This document shows positions 36,618 through 45,568 of a DNA stretch of 64,000 nucleotides, piece by piece. A program made the position numbers and the translations under genes. Under the pieces are notes generated by a model. It saw only the letters and a list, made by a program, of their open reading frames with translations. It ran no database searches and had not been told where the DNA came from. Source of the DNA: Actinomycetota bacterium (lineage in GTDB: Bacteria > Actinomycetota > Thermoleophilia > Gaiellales > Gaiellaceae); assembly GCA_005884575.1 (NCBI GenBank), contig VAWW01000026.1, positions 8,575-72,574 on the forward strand, in the 5' to 3' direction. Position 1 is the stretch's first letter, and each line of letters begins with the position of its first letter.

Positions 36618-37762
36618 GGCATAGTCGGCTGAGCAGGCGGCGCGGGCATCGCCGTGTACGGCGGGGGCCTGCGCCGCCTCAGCGTCTCGTTCACCATCCG
36701 CCGCAGGCGCGCGGCGAGCGCGGACGCGACGCCGCGATCGCCCGTCGCGCCGCAGCCCTCGAGGATGCGCGGCAGCGTCGTCCCGACGGTGTTGCCGCTG
36801 AAGCAGTTCCCTGTCCCGGAGCCGGACGCGAGCGCGAGATCCGCGCGCCCGCTGCCGGAGACGACGTTGTTCGCGATCCGGTTGCCGCGGGGCCGCCACG
36901 GCGGGCCGGGCTCGGGGACGTTCGGGTTGAAGGTGACGAAGCGCGCCGTCGGAAAGACGGCGATCCCGTATCGCTCGCTCCCCGTGACGCGGTTGTCGTG
37001 GAGCGAGTTCTCGTTGCCGCCTGCGATGCCGATCCCGACGCCGACGAAACCCGCAAGGGCGGTGCGGATCGGAACGCGCGCCCGCCCGCTCCCGGTGATC
37101 GTATTGCCGAAGATCTCCGTCTTGCCCTGCGGCGGCAGCGCCTCGTTCGCGTACGTGTTTGGGACGATCCCGGCGCCGTTGCGATCCCAGACCGAGTCGC
37201 GGATGACGACGCCCGTTGCGTTCGTGCCGGAGTATCCGACCGCCGAGAGCGTCGCCGTCAAGTTCGTGAGCGTCGCGCGGCAGCTCTTGCACTCGCCGAC
37301 GTAGTACGCGGCGTCGGCCGCGCCCGTGACGTAGTCGTGGTCGAGGATTCCGTCGACCCCGTCCTCGACGTAGATCCCGTAGCCGCGGACGCGCCAGATC
37401 GTGAGGTACGACGCGCGGTAGCGGCCGGCGCCCTCCCAGTAGAAGGCGTTCTCGAGGTAGTTGTGCGCCGACATGTTGAGGATCGAGACGCCGTCGGCAT
37501 GGACGACGATCCCGTTCTTCCGCGTGTCCCGGCCGTCGAGGACGACCTCGTTCCGGTCGACGCCGCGGATCGCGATGTCGTGCTTCTCCGGCGGCACGAC
37601 GTTCCCGCCGGCGTAGACGCCGCGGTCGAGGACGATCGAGTCGCCCGGCTGCGCGAGGCCGATCGCGAGCTGTACCGTCGCGGCGTCCTGCGGCACGCGG
37701 ATGTCCGCCGCGGACGCAGGCGCCACTGCGATCGCTGCGACGAGAACGGCCAGCCGCCACAT
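36614..37762 (-). CDS. secreted right-handed parallel beta-helix repeat protein (NosD/CASH-like)
   Basis: ATG at 37762 (Met50 of the track ORF). The signal peptide is MWRLAVLVAAIAVAPASA. It contains repeated G-x-N/D-x-I/V turns (NRIANNVVSGSG, NSLHDNRVTGS, IFGNTITGSG). Confidence 0.7.
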   Translation of the reverse strand: MWRLAVLVAAIAVAPASAADIRVPQDAATVQLAIGLAQPGDSIVLDRGVYAGGNVVPPEKHDIAIRGVDRNEVVLDGRDTRKNGIVVHADGVSILNMSAHNYLENAFYWEGAGRYRASYLTIWRVRGYGIYVEDGVDGILDHDYVTGAADAAYYVGECKSCRATLTNLTATLSAVGYSGTNATGVVIRDSVWDRNGAGIVPNTYANEALPPQGKTEIFGNTITGSGRARVPIRTALAGFVGVGIGIAGGNENSLHDNRVTGSERYGIAVFPTARFVTFNPNVPEPGPPWRPRGNRIANNVVSGSGRADLALASGSGTGNCFSGNTVGTTLPRILEGCGATGDRGVASALAARLRRMVNETLRRRRPPPYTAMPAPPAQPTMP

Positions 37763-37800
37763 CCTCCCGCAGTACACGCCTCGGCCGCGGTCGGTTCCTT

Positions 37801-39264
37801 TCACGCGGAGGCCGCGGCGGTCGCGACGTCCTGCGGATAGGTGCGGAGCGCCTTGAAGAGGAAGTACGCACTGGCCGCGAGGGGCACGAGCATGACGACG
37901 AACGTCCACTGCAGGCCCGAGCGCCCGCCGCCGAAGACGTAGTCCGAGACGGCGCCGAAGAGGAGCGGTGCGAGCGCCTGCGCCATCGTCCGCAGGAACG
38001 TGCGGATGCCCTCGGCGCGGCCCCAGAGGAGCGGCACGACTATGTCGAGTCGCGCGGCATCCAGGGGCGGGTTCTGCGCCGCGAGCGCCGCCGCGGCGAG
38101 AGCGATGTACGGCAGGGCTGTCAGCGCGCTGTGCGTGAAGATCGCAGGAATGAAGAGGATCACGGCGATCGTCGCCGCGATCGCACTGACGAGGATCCGC
38201 CCGTTCAGATAGCCGCGGTGCAGCAGGAAGTCGCCGAGCGTGCCGCCGACGAGAACGCCGACGACTCCCGCGGCGCCGATCGCGAGCAGCACGAGTGTCG
38301 AGAGCACCTGCGCGATCCCGTACTGCTTCGTGACGAACTCGACGCCGAACGTCTGGACGCCTGCGAGGAAGTAGTAGCCGAACGCGCTCGCGAGGATCAG
38401 CCCGACGTTCGTCTTCACTCCCAGCACGTAGTGGACCGCTTCCATCAGGCTCATGCGGCGCGGGTCCTTTCTGAGGACGAGCTCGGGATCCGGCTCGATC
38501 CCGTGTTCCCGCGCGATTCGTTGTGCGTCCGACGCGTGCGGCTCGTCATCGGCCGCGATCTCGACCGGCGCGGCGCCGGTCTCGGAGAGCAGCGGCTGCG
38601 TGCCACCCCGCACCGGCTCGCGCAGCCGGAACACGAACCAGGCGAGCACGAAGGTCGGCAGCGCGAGGATGACGAACGCGGCGCGCCACGAAAGCGCCGA
38701 GACGCCGCCGCTGACGGCGAACCCGAACGCCGCGCCGATGAGCTCCCCGGAGATGATGTAGCCGTAGATGCGGCCGCGCTCCGACGGAGCGAACCAGTCG
38801 CCGACGAGCGACGCGACGAAGGGGCCCGCAGCGGCGGTGACACCGCCGAGGAACACGCGGGTCAGGAGCAGCTGGTCGAAGGTCGGGACGGTCGCGCTCC
38901 AGATCATCGCCGCGCCCCAGAGGACGATCGCGGCGCCGAGCATCCGCGTCCGGTTCACACGGTCCGCCAGGACGCCGAAGGGGATGCTCGCCACCGCCGC
39001 CACGAGCGACGTCACGGTCACGAGGAGGCCGACGTCGGTGTTGTTGATGTGGAGCTCGTTTCGAAGCTGCGTCGCCGACGCCCCGACCGTGGCCGCGTCG
39101 GCGCTGCTGAGCGCGAGGATCGACGCGAGCAGCAGGATCACGCGCGCCCGTTCGGCGCCGCCGAGCGCGTGCGTGAGCCGGCGGGACCCCGCACGTCCGA
39201 GCCGCCCGGCCACCGCGGCCGCGGTCGCGCCCGCTCGCCGCCCCCCGCTCCCGCCGGTCGTCAT
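37801..39264 (-). CDS. MFS transporter
   Basis: ORF track, 487 aa with ~12 TM segments. Motif GVLADRVNRTRM (MFS loop 2-3 signature). Confidence 0.85.
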   Translation of the reverse strand: MTTGGSGGRRAGATAAAVAGRLGRAGSRRLTHALGGAERARVILLLASILALSSADAATVGASATQLRNELHINNTDVGLLVTVTSLVAAVASIPFGVLADRVNRTRMLGAAIVLWGAAMIWSATVPTFDQLLLTRVFLGGVTAAAGPFVASLVGDWFAPSERGRIYGYIISGELIGAAFGFAVSGGVSALSWRAAFVILALPTFVLAWFVFRLREPVRGGTQPLLSETGAAPVEIAADDEPHASDAQRIAREHGIEPDPELVLRKDPRRMSLMEAVHYVLGVKTNVGLILASAFGYYFLAGVQTFGVEFVTKQYGIAQVLSTLVLLAIGAAGVVGVLVGGTLGDFLLHRGYLNGRILVSAIAATIAVILFIPAIFTHSALTALPYIALAAAALAAQNPPLDAARLDIVVPLLWGRAEGIRTFLRTMAQALAPLLFGAVSDYVFGGGRSGLQWTFVVMLVPLAASAYFLFKALRTYPQDVATAAASA

Positions 39265-39364
39265 CCGTTCATCCTGCCGCAGGCGCGACCGGCCGCGGCG
39301 TTTCTATCGGACTGCGTGAGGGCACGCGTACGGAAACGTCCGACAACGACGCAAGGAGGTCGAG

Positions 39365-40189
39365 GTGGCGAGGAAGCGCACGCAGGCGAAGCGCGGCGGC
39401 AGCTCCAGGAAGAAGACGGCGACGAGCCGGGCGAAGACGAAGACCGCGGCAAGCCGCAGGAAGACCACGACCGCGAGCCGCAGGAAGACGACCGCCGCGC
39501 GGCGCAAGACGACGACCGCTGCTAGCCGCAGCAGGGCGAAGAAGACGACGACCGGCCGCTCCAAGACGAAGACGGCGAGCAGGTCGAAGACCTCCGCCCG
39601 CTCGAAGACGAAGACCGCGAGCCGCTCGAGGAAGACGGCCGCGGCCCGCAGCGCGCGCCGAGCCCCGGCACGCCGGCCGAGCAAGACCCTCGGCTCGCTC
39701 GACGACGTGCTGAAGGACCAGCTGGCGGACCTCTACAGCGCCGAGAGGCAGCTCGTCGACGCGCTGCCCAAGGTCGCGCGCGCGGCGACCCACCCCCGCC
39801 TGCGCGAGGCGGTCGAGCAGCATCTCGAAGAGACGAGGGGACATGCCCGGCGGCTCGAGGAGATCTTTCGCGGGCGAGGGATGAGTCCGCCCTCCGAGCA
39901 CTGCAAGGGGATGGAGGGCCTGATCGAGGAGGGCGAGGAGGTCGTCTCCGCCTCCGGCGACCCCGCCGCGAAGGACGCCGCCCTGATCGCGGCCGCGCAG
40001 CGGGTCGAGCACTACGAGATGGCCGGCTACGGGACCGCCCGCACGCTGGCCGACGAGCTCGGCCTCGACGACGCGAAGGGCCTGCTCCAGGAGACGCTGG
40101 ACGAGGAGGCCAAGGCCGACGAGCTGCTGACGCAGATCGCGACCGGAGGCATGATGCGCACGGGCGTCAACGAGCAAGCGGTGAGCTGA
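39365..40189 (+). CDS. DUF892 (YciE/YciF ferritin-like) protein with a ~107-aa K/R/T/S/A-only N-terminal tail
   Basis: ORF track, 274 aa. The GTG start has AAGGAGG upstream. The C-terminal 165 aa read LKDQLADLYSAERQLVDALPK...EQHLEETRGHARRLEEIF...VEHYEMAGYGT. Confidence 0.85.
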   Translation: MARKRTQAKRGGSSRKKTATSRAKTKTAASRRKTTTASRRKTTAARRKTTTAASRSRAKKTTTGRSKTKTASRSKTSARSKTKTASRSRKTAAARSARRAPARRPSKTLGSLDDVLKDQLADLYSAERQLVDALPKVARAATHPRLREAVEQHLEETRGHARRLEEIFRGRGMSPPSEHCKGMEGLIEEGEEVVSASGDPAAKDAALIAAAQRVEHYEMAGYGTARTLADELGLDDAKGLLQETLDEEAKADELLTQIATGGMMRTGVNEQAVS

Positions 40190-40206
40190 GAACCGACGGA
40201 GGATCA

Positions 40207-40229
40207 GGGCCCGCACGCGCGGCGGGCCC
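40207..40229. terminator. stem-loop between convergent genes
   Basis: GGGCCCGC-acgcgcg-GCGGGCCC in the 51-bp gap between the stops at 40189 (+) and 40241 (-). There is no U-tract. Confidence 0.45.
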
Positions 40230-40240
40230 GCTCCTCCCGG

Positions 40241-41623
40241 TCAGGGAGCGGTAACGCCCGTCTGCAGGACGCCCAGGCACATCTCGTCGGTCGTGCCCTC
40301 GCCCCAGAGCACGTAGCGCGGCAGGAGCCGCTTCGTCCCGATCACCGGCTGCTTCAGCGGCGAGTTGTCGAACCGGCAGGTGACCCGCACGGTGCTGCCC
40401 GCGGGCGCGAACACCGGCTTCTTCAGCGCGTAGAAGTCCTGCCAGTGGAAGTTCCAGGCCGGCATGTGCATCAGCGTCGAGCCTGGCCGGCCCGGACTCA
40501 GCTCGACCCGGATGTCGAGGCCCCGCATGTGCATGTGGCCCAGCACGGCGTAGATCGTCGTCGCCCCGTCGAGCTTCCGGTCACAGGTCGTCGTCGGGCC
40601 CGCCGCGGCCGGCAGGCGCTTCCCGCAGAATTGCAGGAGGCCGTCGGGCGTGGCCGCGGCATCCGGGCCGTACGCCTTTCCGAGGTACCTGATCGCAGCG
40701 GCGCGGTTGCAGAGCGGATTCTTGATCCCCGCGGGACACGGGAGCTCGATCGGCGCGAAGTACTGCTTCGTCTCGAGCGGCTTCACCTTCGTCCCGACCG
40801 GGGCGAAACGGAGCGACACGCGCGTCAGGTCGGGCTGCGCCTTGTGGATCAGGTTGTAGTGGATCTGGAGGACGATTACGGCGCCCTTCGGCAGGCTCAT
40901 TCCGGTACCGGCCGGGAAGGCGTCGTTCACCTTCCCGGGCACCCAGACTCCGAGCCAGTGCCCGTGGTCGTTGTCGTCGTCCGCGACTCCGGGCCCGCCG
41001 AAGCAGGTCCAGCCTTTGCCGCCCGTCGCCTTGTCGCGTGCGCGGGCCGCCGCGGCGCCTGCGCCCCTGACCTCGAACATGATCGCGTGGTGGACGATGC
41101 TCTGCCGGCCGGGGAAGACCTGCGCCGCGGTGACCATCCGTCCCTGCGTGAGCTTCGGGTCGAGCATCGTGCAGTGGTAGTCGTCCAGGCCGACGGCGGG
41201 ATGCGGCATGTACGCGGCGCGAGGCTGGAGGACGAGTCCCTTCGGGGCCGCCTTCTTCGCCGGCAGCGTGACATGGGGGCCGAGCTTGGCGCCGCCCGCG
41301 ACCCAGCGCGCGATCAGATCCTTCTCCTGAGCGGTCAGCTGTCGCGCGCTCTGGCCGACGAAGGCCATCGAATCGCGAGCCGGCGGCCAGGGGGGCATCG
41401 CGTTCGCCTGCGTCATGATCTTGATCAGCTGCGCGTGCGCCTTGGCCTCCTTCGCGCTCCTGAGCGAGAAGGGCGCGATCCCGCCCTCTGTGTGGCAACC
41501 CGTGCACTTGTCGTTGAAGACGTGGGCGACGTCGGCGTAGGTCGGCGGCGGCGCCGCGGCGAGTGGTGCTGCGAAGACGAGTCCGGCGGCGAGTGCTGCG
41601 AGCGAGGCGGGGAGCCAGCGCAC
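40241..41623 (-). CDS. secreted fusion of a c-type cytochrome domain and a copper type II (PHM/DBH-like) monooxygenase
   Basis: ORF track, 460 aa, GTG start, with a signal peptide. The heme motif is CTGCH with a distal MPPWPP. The His/Met ligand order is VHHAIMF ... IHYN ... GHMHMRG ... DEMCLG. Confidence 0.75.
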   Translation of the reverse strand: MRWLPASLAALAAGLVFAAPLAAAPPPTYADVAHVFNDKCTGCHTEGGIAPFSLRSAKEAKAHAQLIKIMTQANAMPPWPPARDSMAFVGQSARQLTAQEKDLIARWVAGGAKLGPHVTLPAKKAAPKGLVLQPRAAYMPHPAVGLDDYHCTMLDPKLTQGRMVTAAQVFPGRQSIVHHAIMFEVRGAGAAAARARDKATGGKGWTCFGGPGVADDDNDHGHWLGVWVPGKVNDAFPAGTGMSLPKGAVIVLQIHYNLIHKAQPDLTRVSLRFAPVGTKVKPLETKQYFAPIELPCPAGIKNPLCNRAAAIRYLGKAYGPDAAATPDGLLQFCGKRLPAAAGPTTTCDRKLDGATTIYAVLGHMHMRGLDIRVELSPGRPGSTLMHMPAWNFHWQDFYALKKPVFAPAGSTVRVTCRFDNSPLKQPVIGTKRLLPRYVLWGEGTTDEMCLGVLQTGVTAP

Positions 41624-41687
41624 GAGCCGACCTTCTCACTCGCCGCGCCCGATGTACATCGGAGTCAACCGGTGTACCGGGGTACGG

Positions 41688-43343
41688 CTAGCCGTACCCG
41701 TAAACGCTTCGGGCCTGCTCCTCCGTCGTGAATCCGTTTCGCAAGTCGTCGTCGACCAGGTTGTGAGCGCGTCGCTTCGGGTCGCCGTAACCGCCGCCGT
41801 GGCCGGTGTGGATCCGGATCACGTCGCCCTCGTTCACGTCGAGCGCGGTCACGACCGCGTACTCCTTCACCGAGCCGTCGGCGCGGATCACCTCGGCGTA
41901 GTTCGGCGAGCCCTCGCGCCCGCCCTCGAGCGCCCACGGCGTGTGCTTGTTGCGCGTGTACGCGCAGGTAAAGAAGCAGCCGTTCGAGCGGACGCGGTAC
42001 TCGAGCACGATCCCCTTGCCGCCGCGATGCTCGCCCTCGCCGCCCGGCGCGTCGTTCAATGCGAGCCGGTCGACGTAGAGGCCGTAGCGCGTCTCGGCGA
42101 CCTCCGCGGGGCAGTTGAACGTGTCGCCGTGGAAGCCGCTGAACATCGCGCTGTTGCCGTCCCGCTCGCGCGAGCCGCCCCAGCCGCCGACCTGCGGCTC
42201 GACGATCGTGAAGTGACGACCGGTGTCCGGGTGCGGGCCGCCGATGAACGTTCCGCAGATCGAGCCGAAGCTGCCGGCGGGGAGGCGATCGCCGAGGTGC
42301 GGCGCGAGGCAGCGCCAGATCAGGTCGTAGAGCCGGATCTCGACCTCGTAGTAGACGGCGAACGCGGCGCCGGGGTTCGGGTCGAAGACGGAGCCGGGGC
42401 GGGTCAGCAGCCTCAGCGGCCGGAAGTGCCCCTCGTTCGCGGAGCTGTGCGCGTCGGTGATGTTCATGAAGACCATCTGCGCGGCGACGAGTGAGCCGTC
42501 GCGCGAGGCGTTGTTCGGCCCCTTGTCCTGATCAGGGTTGTCGCGGAGGTCGACGACGAACTCGTCGTCCGTGATCTCGACGGTCACCTTGTAGACCGCG
42601 CCGCTGTCCTGCTCCTCCTCGAGCGTGAACGTGCCCTTCGGCAGGCCGGCGAGCGCATGGCGGGCGACCTCCTCGCCGTACTCCATGAAGAGGTCGAGCG
42701 CGGTGACGAAGGTCTCGAGTCCGTACTTCGCGACGAGCTCGAGGATCCGCCGCTCGCCGACGCGTGCGGCGGCGATGCCCGCCCACATGTCGCCCTGCAG
42801 GAAGTCGGGCAGGCGGCTGTTGACCTTTATGATCTCCATCACCGACTTGATCGGCTCGCCGCCGGCGACGAGCTTCACGCCGGGCAGGCGCAGCCCTTCC
42901 TGGTAGATCTCTTTCGCCTCGTTCGAGATCGAGCCGGGGACCATCCCGCCGACGTCGTTCCAGTGGGCGATGTTCGCCGTCCAGGCGACGAGCCTGCCTT
43001 CGGCGAAGACGGGCATCGCGAGCACGACGTCGTTCAGGTGCGTGACGCCGCCGTAGAACGGGTCGTTCGTGGCGAAGATGTCGCCGGGTCGGATGTCGTC
43101 GCGGTTCAGCTCGATGACCCGCTTGACGGCCTTGTCGAGCACGCCGACGAAGGCGGGGATGCCGGCGCCGGACGACGCGAGGTTGCCCTCGCCGTCGGTG
43201 ATCGCGGTGCCCATGTCGAGCACCTCGTAGATGATCGCGCTCATCGCCGTCTTCCGGAACGCGGCGAACATCTCGTCGGAGATCGCCTGCAGCGAGTTCT
43301 GGATGATCTCGAGCGTGATCTGGTCGGCGGCCGTCGTCGTCAC
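41688..43343 (-). CDS. hyuB: hydantoinase B/oxoprolinase-family protein
   Basis: ORF track, 551 aa. The GTG start overlaps the hyuA stop (GTGA). The N-terminus reads DQITLEIIQNSLQAISDEMFAAFRKTAMSAIIYEVLD. Confidence 0.9.
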   Translation of the reverse strand: MTTTAADQITLEIIQNSLQAISDEMFAAFRKTAMSAIIYEVLDMGTAITDGEGNLASSGAGIPAFVGVLDKAVKRVIELNRDDIRPGDIFATNDPFYGGVTHLNDVVLAMPVFAEGRLVAWTANIAHWNDVGGMVPGSISNEAKEIYQEGLRLPGVKLVAGGEPIKSVMEIIKVNSRLPDFLQGDMWAGIAAARVGERRILELVAKYGLETFVTALDLFMEYGEEVARHALAGLPKGTFTLEEEQDSGAVYKVTVEITDDEFVVDLRDNPDQDKGPNNASRDGSLVAAQMVFMNITDAHSSANEGHFRPLRLLTRPGSVFDPNPGAAFAVYYEVEIRLYDLIWRCLAPHLGDRLPAGSFGSICGTFIGGPHPDTGRHFTIVEPQVGGWGGSRERDGNSAMFSGFHGDTFNCPAEVAETRYGLYVDRLALNDAPGGEGEHRGGKGIVLEYRVRSNGCFFTCAYTRNKHTPWALEGGREGSPNYAEVIRADGSVKEYAVVTALDVNEGDVIRIHTGHGGGYGDPKRRAHNLVDDDLRNGFTTEEQARSVYGYG

Positions 43344-45394
43344 AGCTCGATCACCAGGTTGCCGTAGTCGTCGACGGTGACGGCGTTCTCCGGGTGGACG
43401 ACGGTCGTGCTGCCCTTCGTCTCCACGACCGCGGGGCCCTCGAAAGCCATTCCGGGTTCCAGCAGGTCCCCGTCGTAGACGTCCGCGTCGTGGACGCCCT
43501 CGGTCGCGTAGTCGACCGCGCGCCGGCCCTTCACGGCGTCGTCGAGCGTCCGTCCGGTCGGCGCGAGCGGGACGGGCGTCAGCTTGCCGACCTCGGCGAT
43601 CGCGACGAGGTGGACGCCGACGAACTCGACCGGCGCCTCGAGTCGGTAGGTGTACTCGCGCTCGTACGCGTCGTGGAAGGCCTCCGTGATCTCGTCGACC
43701 GTCGCGCCGTCGCGCAGCGGGACCTCGACGCCGTGCTCCTGGTTCTCGTAGCGGAGGTTGCCGTAGCGGAGGAAGCGGATCCGGTCGCGCTCGATTCCCT
43801 CGCGCCGGAACTGCGCGGCGGCGGTTTCGGTCACTTCATCGATCAGTCCGTCGAGGCGCTCGGCGTTGCCGGCGTTCAGGCCGAAGAGCCGCGTGACGAA
43901 GTAGTCCCGCCGCAGGTCGCTCATCAGCATCCCCCATGCCGAGAAGACGTCGGCGGCGCGCGGGATAACGACCTTCCGGATGCCGAGCTCCGCCGCGAGC
44001 GCGACGGCGTGCATACCTCCGCCGCCGCCGAACGCGACGAGGGTGAAGTCGCGCGGATCGTAGCCGCGGTTCAGGGAGATCAGCTTTAGCGCGTTGATCA
44101 TGTTGTTGTTCGCGATGCGGACGATCCCGCGCGCCGCGTCGGCGCGGTCGACCCCGAGCTTGTCGGCGAGCTCCCCGAGCGCACGGTCGACCGCGTCCAT
44201 GTCCGCGTCGATCTCGCCGCCGGCGAAGTAGTCTCGGTTGATGCGCCCGAGCGCGAGGTTCGCGTCGGTCGTCGTCGGCTCGGTCCCGCCGCGGCCGTAG
44301 GCGGCCGGCCCCGGCTGCGCGCCCGCGGACTGCGGGCCGACGTGGAGCTTCCCGAAGTCGTCGACCCAGGCGATGCTGCCGCCCCCGTTGCCGATCTCGA
44401 CGAGGTCGACGACCGGCACCTGGATCGGGTAGCCGGCGCTGCGGCGGCTCCGCTCGATCCAGTAGTCCGAGATGATCTTTACGTGGCCGCCCTCGATCAG
44501 CGAGCACTTGGCGGTCGTGCCGCCGATGTCGAGGGCGAGGACGTTTGGGTCGCCGAGCAGCCGGCCGAGCTCGGCCGCGCCCCAGAAGCCGCTCGCGGGC
44601 CCCGACTCGACCATCGTGATCGGGATCTCCTTCGTCCGGTCGACCGAGTCGACGCCGCAGTTCGACTGCATGATGTAGAGCTGTCCGCCGAAGCCGCCGC
44701 CGCGCACGCCGTCGGCGAGCCGGCCGAGGTAGCGCTCCGCGACCGGCTGCACGTACGCGGAGAGGACGGCGGTGCTCGTCCGCTCGTACTCACGCCACTC
44801 GCGGGTGATCTGGTGCGACGCGACGGCGGCGGCTTCGGGCCAGAGCTCGGTCACCTTGTCGAGCACGGCGCGCTCATGGTTGGGGTTCGCGTAGGAGTGG
44901 AGCAGGCAGATCGCCACCGCCTCGACTCCCTCGGCGCGGAAGTCGTCGAGGATCTTCGGCAGGCCCCTCAGGTCGAGCGGAGCGCGCTCGCCTCCGTGGT
45001 GCGCGATCCGGCCCGGCACCTCGCGGCGCAGGTGCCGGGGTACGAACGGCGCGGGCTTGACATAGTGGAGGTTGAAGTAATCCGGTCGGTTGCCGCGGGC
45101 GATCTCGAGTGAGTCGCGGAAGCCCTCGGTCGTGATCAGTCCGGTCTTCACGCCCTTGCGCTCGGTCAGCGCGTTGATGACGACCGTCGTACCGTGCGCG
45201 AGGAACGCGATCTCGTCGACGGGCGCGCCGCTCTTGGCGATCACGTTCAGGACGCCGCGCTCGAAGTCCGGCGGCGTCGTGTCCGTCTTGGCCGTGACGA
45301 TCCGCTGCGCGCCCGTCTCGGGATCGACCGAGAAGTAAACGAGGTCCGTAAAGGTGCCGCCAACGTCGGTAGCGGCGCGAATCTCAGCACTCAT
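43340..45394 (-). CDS. hyuA: hydantoinase A/oxoprolinase-family protein
   Basis: ATG at 45394 (Met37 of the track ORF). Motifs IRAATDVGGTFTDLVYF and LALDIGGTTAKCSL. Confidence 0.9.
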   Translation of the reverse strand: MSAEIRAATDVGGTFTDLVYFSVDPETGAQRIVTAKTDTTPPDFERGVLNVIAKSGAPVDEIAFLAHGTTVVINALTERKGVKTGLITTEGFRDSLEIARGNRPDYFNLHYVKPAPFVPRHLRREVPGRIAHHGGERAPLDLRGLPKILDDFRAEGVEAVAICLLHSYANPNHERAVLDKVTELWPEAAAVASHQITREWREYERTSTAVLSAYVQPVAERYLGRLADGVRGGGFGGQLYIMQSNCGVDSVDRTKEIPITMVESGPASGFWGAAELGRLLGDPNVLALDIGGTTAKCSLIEGGHVKIISDYWIERSRRSAGYPIQVPVVDLVEIGNGGGSIAWVDDFGKLHVGPQSAGAQPGPAAYGRGGTEPTTTDANLALGRINRDYFAGGEIDADMDAVDRALGELADKLGVDRADAARGIVRIANNNMINALKLISLNRGYDPRDFTLVAFGGGGGMHAVALAAELGIRKVVIPRAADVFSAWGMLMSDLRRDYFVTRLFGLNAGNAERLDGLIDEVTETAAAQFRREGIERDRIRFLRYGNLRYENQEHGVEVPLRDGATVDEITEAFHDAYEREYTYRLEAPVEFVGVHLVAIAEVGKLTPVPLAPTGRTLDDAVKGRRAVDYATEGVHDADVYDGDLLEPGMAFEGPAVVETKGSTTVVHPENAVTVDDYGNLVIEL

Positions 45395-45400
45395 TGGACA

Positions 45401-45427
45401 CACTTTTGCATCGGTACCTGGTACCGA
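45401..45427. promoter_or_regulatory. operator-like 17-bp perfect palindrome with T-rich arm, proximal copy
   Basis: CACTTTTGCA-TCGGTACC-T-GGTACCGA. On the minus strand it ends 16 nt before the hyuA ATG. Confidence 0.5.
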
Positions 45428-45499
45428 CGTCGGATCGGAATCCCAGCGCCCGCCCGGTGGATCGCGGTGCGCGTGCGCACTTTCGTGACATTCCCGTGA

Positions 45500-45526
45500 C
45501 ACTTTTGCGTCGGTACCTGGTACCGA
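45500..45526. promoter_or_regulatory. operator-like 17-bp perfect palindrome with T-rich arm, distal copy
   Basis: CACTTTTGCG-TCGGTACC-T-GGTACCGA, 99 bp from the proximal copy. A direct repeat GTGGTTCCGGGG x2 follows at 45535-45567. Confidence 0.5.
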
Positions 45527-45568
45527 TGTTCGCCGTGGTTCCGGGGCCGGCGTTGGTGGTTCCGGGGT

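Noticed and set aside
39365-39685. K/R/T/S low-complexity repeat region as a non-coding tandem repeat or an annotation artefact.
   Set aside because: It is in frame with, and contiguous to, a clear DUF892 domain. It begins at a GTG with a strong AAGGAGG site. The overlapping antisense ORFs (39269..40216, 39304..39684) are Arg/Leu-rich nonsense.
45395-45411. Sigma-54-like promoter TGGACA-N5-TTGCA (GG and GC 12 nt apart) on the plus strand.
   Set aside because: It points away from any gene, since both neighbours are on the minus strand. The second copy of the surrounding motif lacks the GG. High-GC Gram-positives generally lack sigma-54. The match is better explained as part of the duplicated palindrome motif.
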